Below are positions 46,256 through 56,204 of a DNA stretch of 64,000 nucleotides, piece by piece. The position numbers and the translations under genes are program-made. The notes under the pieces are model-generated. The model saw nothing but the letters and a program-made list of their open reading frames with translations, ran no database searches and had not been told where the DNA came from. How positions within the stretch are numbered: the first letter of the stretch is position 1; the number at the start of each line of letters is the position of its first letter. This DNA comes from Nibricoccus sp. (lineage in GTDB: Bacteria > Verrucomicrobiota > Verrucomicrobiia > Opitutales > Opitutaceae), in the NCBI GenBank assembly GCA_047602425.1, contig JASGHG010000001.1, positions 1,184,001 to 1,248,000 on the forward strand, read 5' to 3'.

Positions 46256-47353
46256 TTACTCCTTCGGACGTTCGCGTTCCGCCTGTTCCTCTTTCAGCAT
46301 TTTTTCCACGCGCTCTTTTTCCGGCAGCGTCCTGATCCAGGCTTGGGCGGCGTTTGCGTCCACTTTCAGCCAGGCGCGCGCCAACGCATCGACTGCATCG
46401 GAGCGCAAGTTGATATCCGTCGAATGAGAAAGCCAATTCGCCGCGTCCGCCGGCGATTTTTCCGACCAGATTTCGACGATGGACTGCGCCGTCTCTTTGA
46501 GCGCGCCTTCCGTCTTCACCGCGTTCGAAAGCCATTGTGCGCCAAGATCGGGATCGCCCATCGCAATCGCCTTGGCGGTCATGACCAGCGTTTTTTCACG
46601 CAATGCCGGATCGGCAATGGTGCCAACCAAACCAATCGCACCCGACAAATCCCGCGTCGCCCAGTCATAAACAATGGTCTCAAGCGCATTCGTTTGCTCC
46701 TTTCCGGGTTTCATCTGTCTGGCCAAAGCCGCGGCTTGGGGCGGACTTTTCGCGACCGCGATCAAACTGGCTTCGCCCAAAAAGGTCTGTTTCCAGCCTG
46801 TATCCGGCAAATCGTTACAATACAAATTAAGCGTCTGTTCGTCAGACAAGAGCTGTTGCGCGACGAGTCTCGCCTGCAAATCCGTGGCGCTCGGCTGGCT
46901 CGACATCCAGTTCGCCGCTTCCGAGGGATTGACCTTCAACCATTGTTCGAATGCCAGCAGGCCAAAAGGCGAACTCAGCTCGTCGTCAGAGAGCATCCGG
47001 GTAAGCTCGGCCGCGTTTTCCTTGGTCAGCAAGGCCTTCATCGTCTCCAACAAACGTTCCCGTGCAGCTTCGTCTTCGGTTTGGGTCTGTCCCCATTGGG
47101 TTAATTTCAACCGGATCAGCGCCTTCACGTCGCTCAGCGGAATTCCTGCCGTCTCATCGTCCTTGCGTTCGACGATAAGAGCAGGCGTTTCCTTCGCATC
47201 CGGTTTTTGAATACTGGCCGTTGACCTCTCAGTTGGCGGTTCGGCCTGGGGTCGAACTTTCGGCCCATCCGTGCGGAACCAATAGGCTACGCCAAGGGCC
47301 AAAACGATGACAGCCGAAATCAACCCTGCAATTTTGGGCTGGTGGTTTTTCAT
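46256..47353 (-). CDS. Hypothetical membrane-anchored alpha-helical repeat protein
   Basis: N-terminal TM helix and recurring W...(D/N/S)P..AA.W motifs. Confidence 0.65.
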   Translation of the reverse strand: MKNHQPKIAGLISAVIVLALGVAYWFRTDGPKVRPQAEPPTERSTASIQKPDAKETPALIVERKDDETAGIPLSDVKALIRLKLTQWGQTQTEDEAARERLLETMKALLTKENAAELTRMLSDDELSSPFGLLAFEQWLKVNPSEAANWMSSQPSATDLQARLVAQQLLSDEQTLNLYCNDLPDTGWKQTFLGEASLIAVAKSPPQAAALARQMKPGKEQTNALETIVYDWATRDLSGAIGLVGTIADPALREKTLVMTAKAIAMGDPDLGAQWLSNAVKTEGALKETAQSIVEIWSEKSPADAANWLSHSTDINLRSDAVDALARAWLKVDANAAQAWIRTLPEKERVEKMLKEEQAERERPKE

Positions 47354-47422
47354 AGGGTAACGTTTCCAAAAATCCATGGCACTTTGCGGGTTTGCAAGCG
47401 CCATGAACAGATGACACGCCCG

Positions 47423-49816
47423 CTATGGTTTTTTCAAAAGACGGATGCCGTAAATCGATCCTGTACGAGAGCCTGATTTGGCCACGAACTTCACCTCCAG
47501 CGTGCCATCGTCCTTTGCAAGAGAATCAGGAATTGAATAACTGACGTCATCGAATTTGTCGGGAGTGCGGCCGTTGAGTTTCACGGTGGAAACGACGACG
47601 CCGTTGACCACGAGATCGAATTCGCGGCGGTTCTCACCCAAAGAATACGTCACGAGCAGTTCGGCGCTGCAGCCTTTCTCGCCGCGCAGGGTGTAACCGA
47701 ACCATTTGCCAGAATCCCGCCAGCGTCGGCCGAGGCTTGCGCCCGTGGCGGAATCGTCCCCCGCATAGGCATGTTCCACCTCAGGTTGCTGCTCGCCCGG
47801 ATTAACCTGGTCAAGCGTGCGGGCCTCGAGCGCGAGTCGTGCATTTTCCTGCACGGCAAGTTCCGAGAGCAGTTTGGCGTGTCCTTCCGGCGTCACCGTG
47901 CGCCAGTAAATCATGTAGCGCGAATCGTGCACGCGGAAGAAAGGCACGAGTTCAAGTTTACCCGCTTCGACCGGCCGGATGAGATCCTGCGCGGTAAAAG
48001 TCATGGGATGGCCTTTGACGGGAACAATATGTTCGGCAAGATGCGCGGGATCCCCCACCAGCATCGGCGCGCGATCGAGCGGAAGCATCGGACCCTCCGT
48101 GCGGTGCCCCATGCGGCCATCGTTGGCGATGAGGTCGGTCAATGGTTCGGTTTCCGTCTTCGCCGCGAGCACGATCGGACCGCGCAGCACCGCGACATAG
48201 TCGGAGCCATCGGGCAGACGTTCTGTTGTAGTCTGCATCGGCAGCTCAATCTCGACGCAATCGCCGTTGTTCCATTCCCGGTCGATGACAACGAATTCGC
48301 CGGGCTTCGTGCCGGACAAGGCTCGCACCTTGCCGTTTATGCGCACGACAAAATCGCCAGATCGCACCCAAGACGGCTGACGGAGTTTCAACTCAAAGCG
48401 CTGCGATTTCTTCAACGATAAAACAAGCCGCGTGCGCTCTTCGTCGGGGAATTTCGTTTCCTGCCGCAGCTTCAAGTCGCGCTCGATCCAGTTGAGTTCG
48501 GAGGCGATGAATAGGTTCACATAAAGCGCGTCATTGGTACGCGCGTAGATGAATTGCCCGTACTTTCCGTGATTTTCGATGCCGCTGCCCACACAACACC
48601 AGAAGCATTCTGTCGGTTGTGAATAGTTTCGGTAATGACGCGGACGGATCGGCGTGAAGTAAACGAAGCCGCCGCGTTCCGGATGCTGCGAAGACAGAAT
48701 GTGGTTAAAAAGCGCCCGTTCGTAATAGTCCGCATAGCGGGCTGATGGGTCGCTGCGAAACAATTGCTCGGTGAGCCGAAGCATATTGTAGGTATTGCAG
48801 GTTTCGGGACCTTCGCGGGTCTCGACCATCGATGAAAAATCCTCAGCCGGGTGAAAATGTTCGCGCACGCTGTTCCCGCCGAAAGCGACGCTGCGCCGTT
48901 CCACCACGGTCTGCCAAAAGAATGCGGCCGCGCTATTCCACGCCGGATCGCCACGAAGTTCCGCGATGCGCGCGAAACCGATGACCTTGGGAATTTGGGT
49001 GTTGGCATGAAGCCCGGTGAGCGGATCGGAGTTTTTCAGCAGCGGATCGAGCAGAACGCGGTGCGAAAACCGTTTTGCCAGTGCGAGGTATTTCGCGTCG
49101 CCGGTAATTGCACAGACATCGGCAAGCACTTCGTTCATTCCGCCGTGCTCGCAACGCATCATTTGTTGGAGCTGTTCATCGGTTAGACCTGCCAGCAGGC
49201 GGTCGCACCAATCCGCGAGCGCGACGAGCACATCCCGCGCCTGGGCGTTGCCGGCGATGGTCCAAGCATCGCGCAAACCGGCAAAGGTTTTGTGCAGGTT
49301 GTACCAGGGCACCCATTTTCCGTTGATGGAAAAGTTGTCGACCTTCAGCTTGCCCGCCGCGAGTTCCCGCCAAAGTTCGCGGTCCCCGGGGCAACCGCCG
49401 ACATAGCCGTCGCCATTGGCGCGCTGACAGGCGGCCATTTCGCTCACCATATAATCGAGCCGCCGCACGATCTCCGCGTCTCCCGTCGTCACCGCCATCT
49501 GCGCGAGCGCCGTCAAATAGTGGCCGGCGGAATGGCCATCGAGACCCGTGCTTTCCCAGTTGGGATATTTTTTCGCCTTCGAGGGAAGACCGGATTCCGC
49601 GCGAAATGGTGCCATGAAACGGTCCACATCGAGCGCCAGCATGTAGCGCAAATCGACCTCTTGGGCGGACTTGAAGGGGCCGTCGAGCAGTCGCACGTCG
49701 CGCAAACCGAACTCTTTTACAGAGGCAATTGCGGGTTGCCCGCCGACGCCGAAGGCGCGAATTGCGAGGCTGGCGATGGCAAAAAAGGCGGCAATGCGCA
49801 GGGGCAGTTTCTTCAT
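47423..49816 (-). CDS. GH127/GH146-type beta-L-arabinofuranosidase
   Basis: WESTGLDGHSAGHYL, PWYNLHK, EHGGMNE, HANTQIPK, ETCNTYNML, YYERALFNHIL, FWCCVGSGIENH. Start MKKLPLR. Confidence 0.88.
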   Translation of the reverse strand: MKKLPLRIAAFFAIASLAIRAFGVGGQPAIASVKEFGLRDVRLLDGPFKSAQEVDLRYMLALDVDRFMAPFRAESGLPSKAKKYPNWESTGLDGHSAGHYLTALAQMAVTTGDAEIVRRLDYMVSEMAACQRANGDGYVGGCPGDRELWRELAAGKLKVDNFSINGKWVPWYNLHKTFAGLRDAWTIAGNAQARDVLVALADWCDRLLAGLTDEQLQQMMRCEHGGMNEVLADVCAITGDAKYLALAKRFSHRVLLDPLLKNSDPLTGLHANTQIPKVIGFARIAELRGDPAWNSAAAFFWQTVVERRSVAFGGNSVREHFHPAEDFSSMVETREGPETCNTYNMLRLTEQLFRSDPSARYADYYERALFNHILSSQHPERGGFVYFTPIRPRHYRNYSQPTECFWCCVGSGIENHGKYGQFIYARTNDALYVNLFIASELNWIERDLKLRQETKFPDEERTRLVLSLKKSQRFELKLRQPSWVRSGDFVVRINGKVRALSGTKPGEFVVIDREWNNGDCVEIELPMQTTTERLPDGSDYVAVLRGPIVLAAKTETEPLTDLIANDGRMGHRTEGPMLPLDRAPMLVGDPAHLAEHIVPVKGHPMTFTAQDLIRPVEAGKLELVPFFRVHDSRYMIYWRTVTPEGHAKLLSELAVQENARLALEARTLDQVNPGEQQPEVEHAYAGDDSATGASLGRRWRDSGKWFGYTLRGEKGCSAELLVTYSLGENRREFDLVVNGVVVSTVKLNGRTPDKFDDVSYSIPDSLAKDDGTLEVKFVAKSGSRTGSIYGIRLLKKP

Positions 49817-50153
49817 TAAAGAGCACAAAATCCGCACAACCAGCGGGTTCAAGCCCGCCTCCACATGACTGTACAGTAAATGACGCATCCGCGAGCGGTC
49901 CGACAACTTGACTCTCCTCTGAAAACTGCCAGTTTCATCACACCACACCCATAGGTTCCGAGCTTCCCATCGGGACCGAATAAACCAGCCCCCAAACGAC
50001 TTCCCGCCAGGACATTGTGTACCCGCAAATCCAGCAGCTTCTGCGTCTGCGAATCGCAAAGTCCGCCCCAAAAATGAACTTCCCTCATCCGCAGTCGACC
50101 GTGCTTTTGCCCTCCAAAGCGCGTGCCGCGAATGAACAGAGTTTTCCCCAGCC

Positions 50154-50711
50154 ATGAGCGAAATCACCCTCTTGCTCGAAGCCAATGCCCGTGGCGATGG
50201 TTGTGCCGCCGGCGAACTTCTTCCCCTCGTCTACGACGAACTTCGACGGCACGCCTCCGTCCGCATGTCGCACGAACTCGCCGGACAAACCCTGCAACCC
50301 ACCGCTTTGGTGCATGAGGCCTGGTTGCGGTTATTTGGCACAGGCGACCAGCGCTGGATGAATCGCGCGCACTTTTTCGGCGCCGCCGCAGAGGCGATGC
50401 GCCGCATCCTGATCGAAAAAGCCCGCAGCAAGCTCCGTCTGAAACGTGGCGGCGTGCAGACCCGCCTCGACATCAACGAGGTGGAACTGGCCTCAAGCAT
50501 GCCCGAGGAAAAAGTGCTCCTGATCGACGACGCGCTTGAGCAGTTGAAAATTCAGGATCCGGAAAAAGCCCGCGTGGTCGTGCTGAAATTTTTTGGCGGA
50601 TTATCCAACCAGGAAGTTGCCGAGACCATGGGCGTGACCGAACGCACCATCGAGCGCCACTGGGCTTATGCCAAGGCTTGGTTGTTCCAATGCATCCGCG
50701 CCCAGAAATAA
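50154..50711 (+). CDS. ECF sigma factor of the Ser/Thr-kinase-associated type (TIGR02999-like)
   Basis: LLPLVYDELR, TLQPTALVHEAWLRL, RAHFF.AAA.AMRRIL, LKFFGGLS..EVAE..GV..RT..R.W. Confidence 0.9.
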   Translation: MSEITLLLEANARGDGCAAGELLPLVYDELRRHASVRMSHELAGQTLQPTALVHEAWLRLFGTGDQRWMNRAHFFGAAAEAMRRILIEKARSKLRLKRGGVQTRLDINEVELASSMPEEKVLLIDDALEQLKIQDPEKARVVVLKFFGGLSNQEVAETMGVTERTIERHWAYAKAWLFQCIRAQK

Positions 50712-50735
50712 GGGCGCTCACGCAACGGCCCGCCC

Positions 50736-52946
50736 ATGGAAAACGCTTTTGAGCGCGAAGAGGACCTTTTTGAAGCCGCGCGCAAATTGCCCCACAATGC
50801 CCGTCGCGAGTTTTTGAACCGACAGTGCGAGGGCGACAATGCTCTGCGCCGCCGCATTGAGGACTTGCTCGCCGCGAGCGCGGAAGCCGAACGCTTTTTC
50901 GACGATGGTGGCTCCGTTCGGATCTCACAGGAAGTGGCAGCGCAATTCACCCAAAGCGTTCGCGCCGCCTCCGGCCAGCCCGCCCATCCTCCCGGCGAAG
51001 AACCGCTCGGCAGCCGCATCGGCCGCTATAAACTCATCGAAAAACTCGGCGAAGGCGGTTGCGGCGTCGTCTACCGCGCGGAACAGGAAGAGCCCGTGCG
51101 ACGCAGCGTCGCCCTCAAGATCATCAAGCTCGGCATGGAAACCAAAAGCGTCATCGCGCGCTTCGAAGCCGAGCGTCAGGCCCTCGCCCTGATGGATCAC
51201 CCCCACATCGCCCGCGTCTACGACGCGGGCGCCACCGACCGAGGTCCACCGTACTTCGTGATGGAACTCGTGCAAGGCGTGAAGATCACCGACTATTGCG
51301 AACGCAACCGCCTTACCCTGCGCGAACGGCTGGAGATGTTCGTGCAGATTTGCCACGCGATTCAGCATGCCCATCAAAAAGGCGTCATTCACGGCGACAT
51401 CAAACCCTCGAACATCCTGGTTGCCGAACAAGACGGCACTCACATGGCCAAGGTGATCGACTTCGGCATTTCCAAAGCCACCGAAGCGCGTCTTACCGAC
51501 AAAGCGCTTTTCACCACCTATGCCCAGCTCATCGGCACGCCCGCCTACATGAGTCCCGAGCAGGCCCAGATGGGCGGCGTCGACATCGACACCCGGAGCG
51601 ACATCTACAGCCTCGGCGTGCTGCTCTACGAACTTCTCACCGGCCGCACGCCCTTCGATCCGAAGGATCTGATCAAACTCGGCCTCGACGAAATGCGCCG
51701 CATTCTTCGCGAACAGGAGCCCGCTCGCCCCTCCGTCCGGCTCAACAGCCTGTCCGATGCCGAACTTTTTAAAACCGCCAGTACGCTTTGGATGGAACCG
51801 GCGCGCCTCGTTTCGTCGATCAAGGGCGATCTCGACTGGATCGTGATGAAGGCCTTGGAAAAAGACCGCCGCCGCCGCTATGAAACCGCCAATGGCCTGG
51901 CGATGGATATTCAGCGTCATCTCGACAACGAACCCGTCATCGCGCGCCCGCCGAGCTGGGGTTACCGTTTGGAAAAACTGGTTCGTCGCAACCGCGTGGT
52001 CTTCATCGCCGGTGCCGCCGTGACCGCGGCGCTCGTGACGGGTTTGAGCATGTCGACCTGGTTGTTCTTCAAGGAACGCGAGGCCCGCGAACGCGCCGTC
52101 GCCGCCGAGCAGCAGCAAACGCGGCTCCGCCACGAATCGGAGGTTCGCGAAAAAATCACTTTCGCGTCCCTGCTCGTCAGCAAGGACAAGTTCGAAGAAG
52201 CCGATCGTTTGCTGAACGACATCGACCTCGTCACGCCCACCGTCGAAGGCGCTGCGCTTTTTCGCGCCGTCGGCGAATGGCATGCGCTTCACGGTCGCTG
52301 GCCGGATGCGGCCAAGCGCCTTTCACGCTTGATGCAACTCAATCAGCTCGATGGTTGGGATTTTGCGACGCTCGACGCTCTGCGCATCGGGCCAGCCTTG
52401 ATCGAAGATGGTGACATCGCGGCTTTCGATCGTTTTCGCGAAGAAGCCATTGCCCGTTTCATCAGCGATTCCAGCTGCCCATTTCCCGACCGTGTAATCA
52501 AAATTGTTCTCTTGGTGCCGGCCAGCCCGCAAGTTCTCGGCTCTCTGAGTCGGGCCAGCGAAGCCAATTTGAAATCTTACAAGGAAGCCGTCGCCGCCGG
52601 TGATGTTTTCCAGTCGTCGTGGCGCGCCCTTTCCCTCGGTCTTTGGGAGTATCGTCGCGGCAACCACGCCCAAGCTGTTGAGTGGACTCAAAAATGTATC
52701 GCCTGCCCCGAGTTCAATGCTCCGCGAACCGCCACCGCGCGCCTCGTCCTCGCGTTGAGTCTCTATGCGTTGGGACGCGAAGCTGAAGCCCGAGAAGAAC
52801 TGGCCGCCGCCAACGAGCTCATTGAGAGCAAACTCAAACCTCTTACCGATCGCGGCACCCCCATCCAGGGTTTTTGGTTTGATAATGCGTTTGTCCGCAT
52901 TCTCTGGCGGGAAGCTGAAAGCCATCTCAACCGCTCGCCGAAATAG
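50736..52946 (+). CDS. Hanks-type Ser/Thr protein kinase with TM segment and TPR-like C terminus
   Basis: LGEGGCG, VALK, HGDIKPSN, DFG, GTPAYMSPEQ, DIYSLG. TM segment VVFIAGAAVTAALVTGLSMSTWLFF. Confidence 0.92.
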   Translation: MENAFEREEDLFEAARKLPHNARREFLNRQCEGDNALRRRIEDLLAASAEAERFFDDGGSVRISQEVAAQFTQSVRAASGQPAHPPGEEPLGSRIGRYKLIEKLGEGGCGVVYRAEQEEPVRRSVALKIIKLGMETKSVIARFEAERQALALMDHPHIARVYDAGATDRGPPYFVMELVQGVKITDYCERNRLTLRERLEMFVQICHAIQHAHQKGVIHGDIKPSNILVAEQDGTHMAKVIDFGISKATEARLTDKALFTTYAQLIGTPAYMSPEQAQMGGVDIDTRSDIYSLGVLLYELLTGRTPFDPKDLIKLGLDEMRRILREQEPARPSVRLNSLSDAELFKTASTLWMEPARLVSSIKGDLDWIVMKALEKDRRRRYETANGLAMDIQRHLDNEPVIARPPSWGYRLEKLVRRNRVVFIAGAAVTAALVTGLSMSTWLFFKEREARERAVAAEQQQTRLRHESEVREKITFASLLVSKDKFEEADRLLNDIDLVTPTVEGAALFRAVGEWHALHGRWPDAAKRLSRLMQLNQLDGWDFATLDALRIGPALIEDGDIAAFDRFREEAIARFISDSSCPFPDRVIKIVLLVPASPQVLGSLSRASEANLKSYKEAVAAGDVFQSSWRALSLGLWEYRRGNHAQAVEWTQKCIACPEFNAPRTATARLVLALSLYALGREAEAREELAAANELIESKLKPLTDRGTPIQGFWFDNAFVRILWREAESHLNRSPK

Positions 52947-53064
52947 CTCTTGCGATTGTTTCGGCTGCCAAACGCCTGAAAAGTGAATTCCGAGTCGGGG
53001 TAATTGCCGCCGAGTTGCAAAACTGCGCCATTAAAGCAATTTAACGGGTTTATCTGCGTCGGCA

Positions 53065-53091
53065 TGTCGGCTTTTGGCCTCCATCGGCGCA
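53065..53091 (+). promoter_or_regulatory. Candidate ECF promoter TGTCGG-N17-CGCA upstream of the TBDR
   Basis: Same motif and spacing as at 56178-56204. Confidence 0.45.
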
Positions 53092-53147
53092 ATAGAATAA
53101 GCGGGGTACGTTCCAGGGTGCCTCTTTCACCAAGAAACCCTAAAACC

Positions 53148-55955
53148 ATGTCATCAAACGAAACCTTATCGGTATCGCGTGCCGCACTATGCACGCATGC
53201 CTTCTCGCTGCGCGGAAAGTCCATTTCGCTCTGCTCCGCCCTCGTCCTCAGCCTCAGCCTCGCTGTCGGCTCCGCCCACGCTCAGGATAACCCGACCGAC
53301 AAAAAAACTGCCGATGAGCCGGTCGTGCTTGAAGAAGTTGTCGTGAAGGGCGTGCGCGCCAGCTTGATCACCGCTCAGGAGATCAAACAACAATCGCCAA
53401 CGTTCGTCGATTCCATCGTGGCCCAGGATATTGGCAAACTGCCCGACAACACGGTCGCGGATGCCCTTCAACACGTGCCCGGCATTCAAGTTGCCCGAGC
53501 CGAGGGCGAAATTGGCGGTCCAAACTCCGTCGTCATTCGCGGCTTGCCGAACATCGAGACCACCATCAATGGCTACGAAGTGTTCACCGGCACTAGTCGT
53601 GGCGTGGCGCTTCAGGATATTCCCGCGGAAATGATTTTCAGCGTCGACGCGTACAAAACAGTCGGGCCCGACCAACTCGAAGGCGGCACCTCTGGCTCGA
53701 TCGATATCCGGCTACGACGTCCGTTTAATTTCAAATCCGGGCTCAGCGTCAACGCAAACGCGCGGGGAATGCGTGGCGATCAATCGAAGAAAAACAGCTT
53801 TTTCCTGAGCGGTCTCGTGAACAATCGCTGGAAGACGTCGCTGGGAGAATTTGGCGCCTTGTTCGATTTCTCGTATGCAAAACGTCGATACGAAGATCAG
53901 GTCTTCGACAACTGGGTTCATTATCCTGAATTTTTCGACATCGCCTACGACGGCTCCGGCCAACCTGGCTATTTCGCCGACAATTTCGGTTTCCAGATTC
54001 GCCGCGGCGATCGCACACGTCCCGCCGCCCAGCTCGCACTTCAATGGAAAACCAACACCGATATCGAGCTCTATACCGAAGGCACGTACACCGGTTATAA
54101 GAACAGACACGACGTCGACTTTTTCATCGGAATCCCGAGTTGGGGCGGTTCGCGCAGCAACGTCGTCCTCTATCCTGCCGGCTACATGGGCGTGAACATT
54201 CCTGTCCGCGCACTGAATCCCGATGGCTCTCCGTCCGGACTCCCCCAAGCCGGACAACCCGCCCGCTGGGTAAAAAGTTTCACCGCCCAGGGCACCAACA
54301 CCATCATCAGCAAGCAGGCGTTCGACGATTACACGAACACTTTCCAAGGGGCAACCGGCATCAAATGGGGGAAAGACGCCCTCAAGCTCTACGGGGAAGT
54401 CAGCTACAACATCAGCATGGTCAAAACCCGCGGCGCGATCCTCGACACCATCGCGCAAAATAACAACCAGGTCTGGAACATCACCTACAACGACGGTTCG
54501 AATCCTTCGGTGCAAAGCACTGGCCTGGATTTCACTAACCCCGCCAACTTTGTCGCTACTAACTTGTTCGACCAATGGTCGAAGGCCTACAGCGCCCAAT
54601 ACGCGGGGAAGGTCGACGCCCTCCTGACGCTGCAAAACGAATTTATCAAATCGCTGAAGTTCGGCACGCGCTACGGAAGCCGCACCGTGCATTTCCACCA
54701 GGCAAATCCTGCCGCCAACTGGCGTAGCGGTTGGATCCCGGTCAACTCGGTCAGCCCGAACCTCGGCGTTGTTACCTCTAACAACCTGTTCGTTTCAACC
54801 GGCGACATGAACGTGCGCACGTGGTGGTCGCCCTCCACTGACTTCCTCCTCGACAACACCGATGCGGTGCGCGTCGCAGGCGGTTTGTCCCGGGGCAGCC
54901 CGCCAGCGGATCCCGCAAGCACCTTCAACGATGACGAAAAGACTTTGGCGTTCTACGGACTCGCCAATTACAAATTCGATATCGGTTCGTTGCCGGTCGA
55001 TGGCGTGGTCGGCGCGAGAGCCGTTCAAACCAAGCAGACGCTGGGCGCTTATCAGAACCCCGTGGACGCCAACGGAAGCAGCATCCCGGACCAGTTCAGA
55101 CCGGTATCCATCAGCAATTCGTATTGGGACACTATTCCGACGGTGACCGCCCGACTGCACTTCACGGAGAAATTGCTGTCCCGTTTTTCGTTCACGAAAA
55201 CCCAAACGCGTCCGAATTTCGGCGATCTGAATCCTGCGCTTGCGCTGTTCCACTCCGGCCCGACTTCTCAAGTTGGCACCGGCACCGGCGGCAACCCCAA
55301 GCTGGATCCGATCAAATCCACCAACTACGACCTTTCGCTGGAATACTACTTCACAAAAACGAGTCAGGCCTCGGTCACTCTTTTCGATCACAAACTCACG
55401 GGCTACGTACAAAGTTTCGCGAAGCTCGAAAACGTTGGCGGTACAAACTACCTCATCACGCGGCCCCAAAACACCGGCAAGGGCAAGCTCCGCGGCTACG
55501 AACTGAGTTATCAACAGTTCTTCGATTTCCTCTCCGTCGACGCGCTCAAGGGCCTTGGATTCCAAATCAATTACACCGGCATCACCGGCACCACCGAAAG
55601 CCCGACCACCAAGCAGCAACAGGACATCACGCAGGTCGCAAAAAAGAACTACAACGCGATCCTGATCTATGAAATCGGCGCCTTTTCCAGCCGGTTCGCG
55701 TACACCTATCGCGGTACCTATATCGACTCCTACAACCAACCGGGATTTCAACCCTCAACGGTTTACGTAGAACCGACCAAGACCCTCGATTTCTCCGCCA
55801 GCTACGCGATCACCAAACAGCTCACCCTCACCGTGGATGCCACCAACATCCTGAAAGACAAATACAAGGACCATTTTGGTCCGACGCAGATGTTCGGTCG
55901 CGATGTGCGAAACTACGATCAAACCATCGCCCTTGGTATGCGCTACAGCTACTAA
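53148..55955 (+). CDS. TonB-dependent receptor (carbohydrate-uptake type)
   Basis: EEVVVKGVRASL, DSIVAQDIGKLPD..VADALQ..PGIQ, RPNF..L, GNPKL.P..S.NYDLSLEYYF, C-terminal GMRYSY. Start MSSNET. Confidence 0.92.
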   Translation: MSSNETLSVSRAALCTHAFSLRGKSISLCSALVLSLSLAVGSAHAQDNPTDKKTADEPVVLEEVVVKGVRASLITAQEIKQQSPTFVDSIVAQDIGKLPDNTVADALQHVPGIQVARAEGEIGGPNSVVIRGLPNIETTINGYEVFTGTSRGVALQDIPAEMIFSVDAYKTVGPDQLEGGTSGSIDIRLRRPFNFKSGLSVNANARGMRGDQSKKNSFFLSGLVNNRWKTSLGEFGALFDFSYAKRRYEDQVFDNWVHYPEFFDIAYDGSGQPGYFADNFGFQIRRGDRTRPAAQLALQWKTNTDIELYTEGTYTGYKNRHDVDFFIGIPSWGGSRSNVVLYPAGYMGVNIPVRALNPDGSPSGLPQAGQPARWVKSFTAQGTNTIISKQAFDDYTNTFQGATGIKWGKDALKLYGEVSYNISMVKTRGAILDTIAQNNNQVWNITYNDGSNPSVQSTGLDFTNPANFVATNLFDQWSKAYSAQYAGKVDALLTLQNEFIKSLKFGTRYGSRTVHFHQANPAANWRSGWIPVNSVSPNLGVVTSNNLFVSTGDMNVRTWWSPSTDFLLDNTDAVRVAGGLSRGSPPADPASTFNDDEKTLAFYGLANYKFDIGSLPVDGVVGARAVQTKQTLGAYQNPVDANGSSIPDQFRPVSISNSYWDTIPTVTARLHFTEKLLSRFSFTKTQTRPNFGDLNPALALFHSGPTSQVGTGTGGNPKLDPIKSTNYDLSLEYYFTKTSQASVTLFDHKLTGYVQSFAKLENVGGTNYLITRPQNTGKGKLRGYELSYQQFFDFLSVDALKGLGFQINYTGITGTTESPTTKQQQDITQVAKKNYNAILIYEIGAFSSRFAYTYRGTYIDSYNQPGFQPSTVYVEPTKTLDFSASYAITKQLTLTVDATNILKDKYKDHFGPTQMFGRDVRNYDQTIALGMRYSY

Positions 55956-55974
55956 TCGCGTTTCCTCCAATCTG

Positions 55975-56018
55975 ACGCCTGACAATCAAAGCCTTTGGTT
56001 GTCAGGCGTTTTTGTTTT
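55975..56018 (+). terminator. Intrinsic terminator after the TBDR
   Basis: ACGCCTGACAATCAAAG/CTTTGGTTGTCAGGCGT stem followed by TTTTGTTTT. Confidence 0.7.
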
Positions 56019-56177
56019 CACAAAAGCCTTGGATGTATTCGACAGCTGGGGGCCGAGGGCTGCATCGGTTCGTAAAGCGAGGTGCGTCCACACAAAACCG
56101 GATCAACCACCAGCCAAAAAACAGCAAAATCGGCATCATTGACGGCTTCGATTCGTTGAATCGATTTCGCCCCAAAT

Positions 56178-56204
56178 TGTCGGGTTTCGCCGCTCGATAT
56201 CGCA
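56178..56204 (+). promoter_or_regulatory. Candidate ECF promoter TGTCGG-N17-CGCA upstream of the GH43 operon
   Basis: Same motif and spacing as at 53065-53091. Confidence 0.4.

Noticed and set aside
49868..49877. Palindrome ACTGTACAGT upstream of GH127 as an AraR-type operator
   Set aside because: Only 10 bp, a single occurrence, and no matching repressor gene in the locus.
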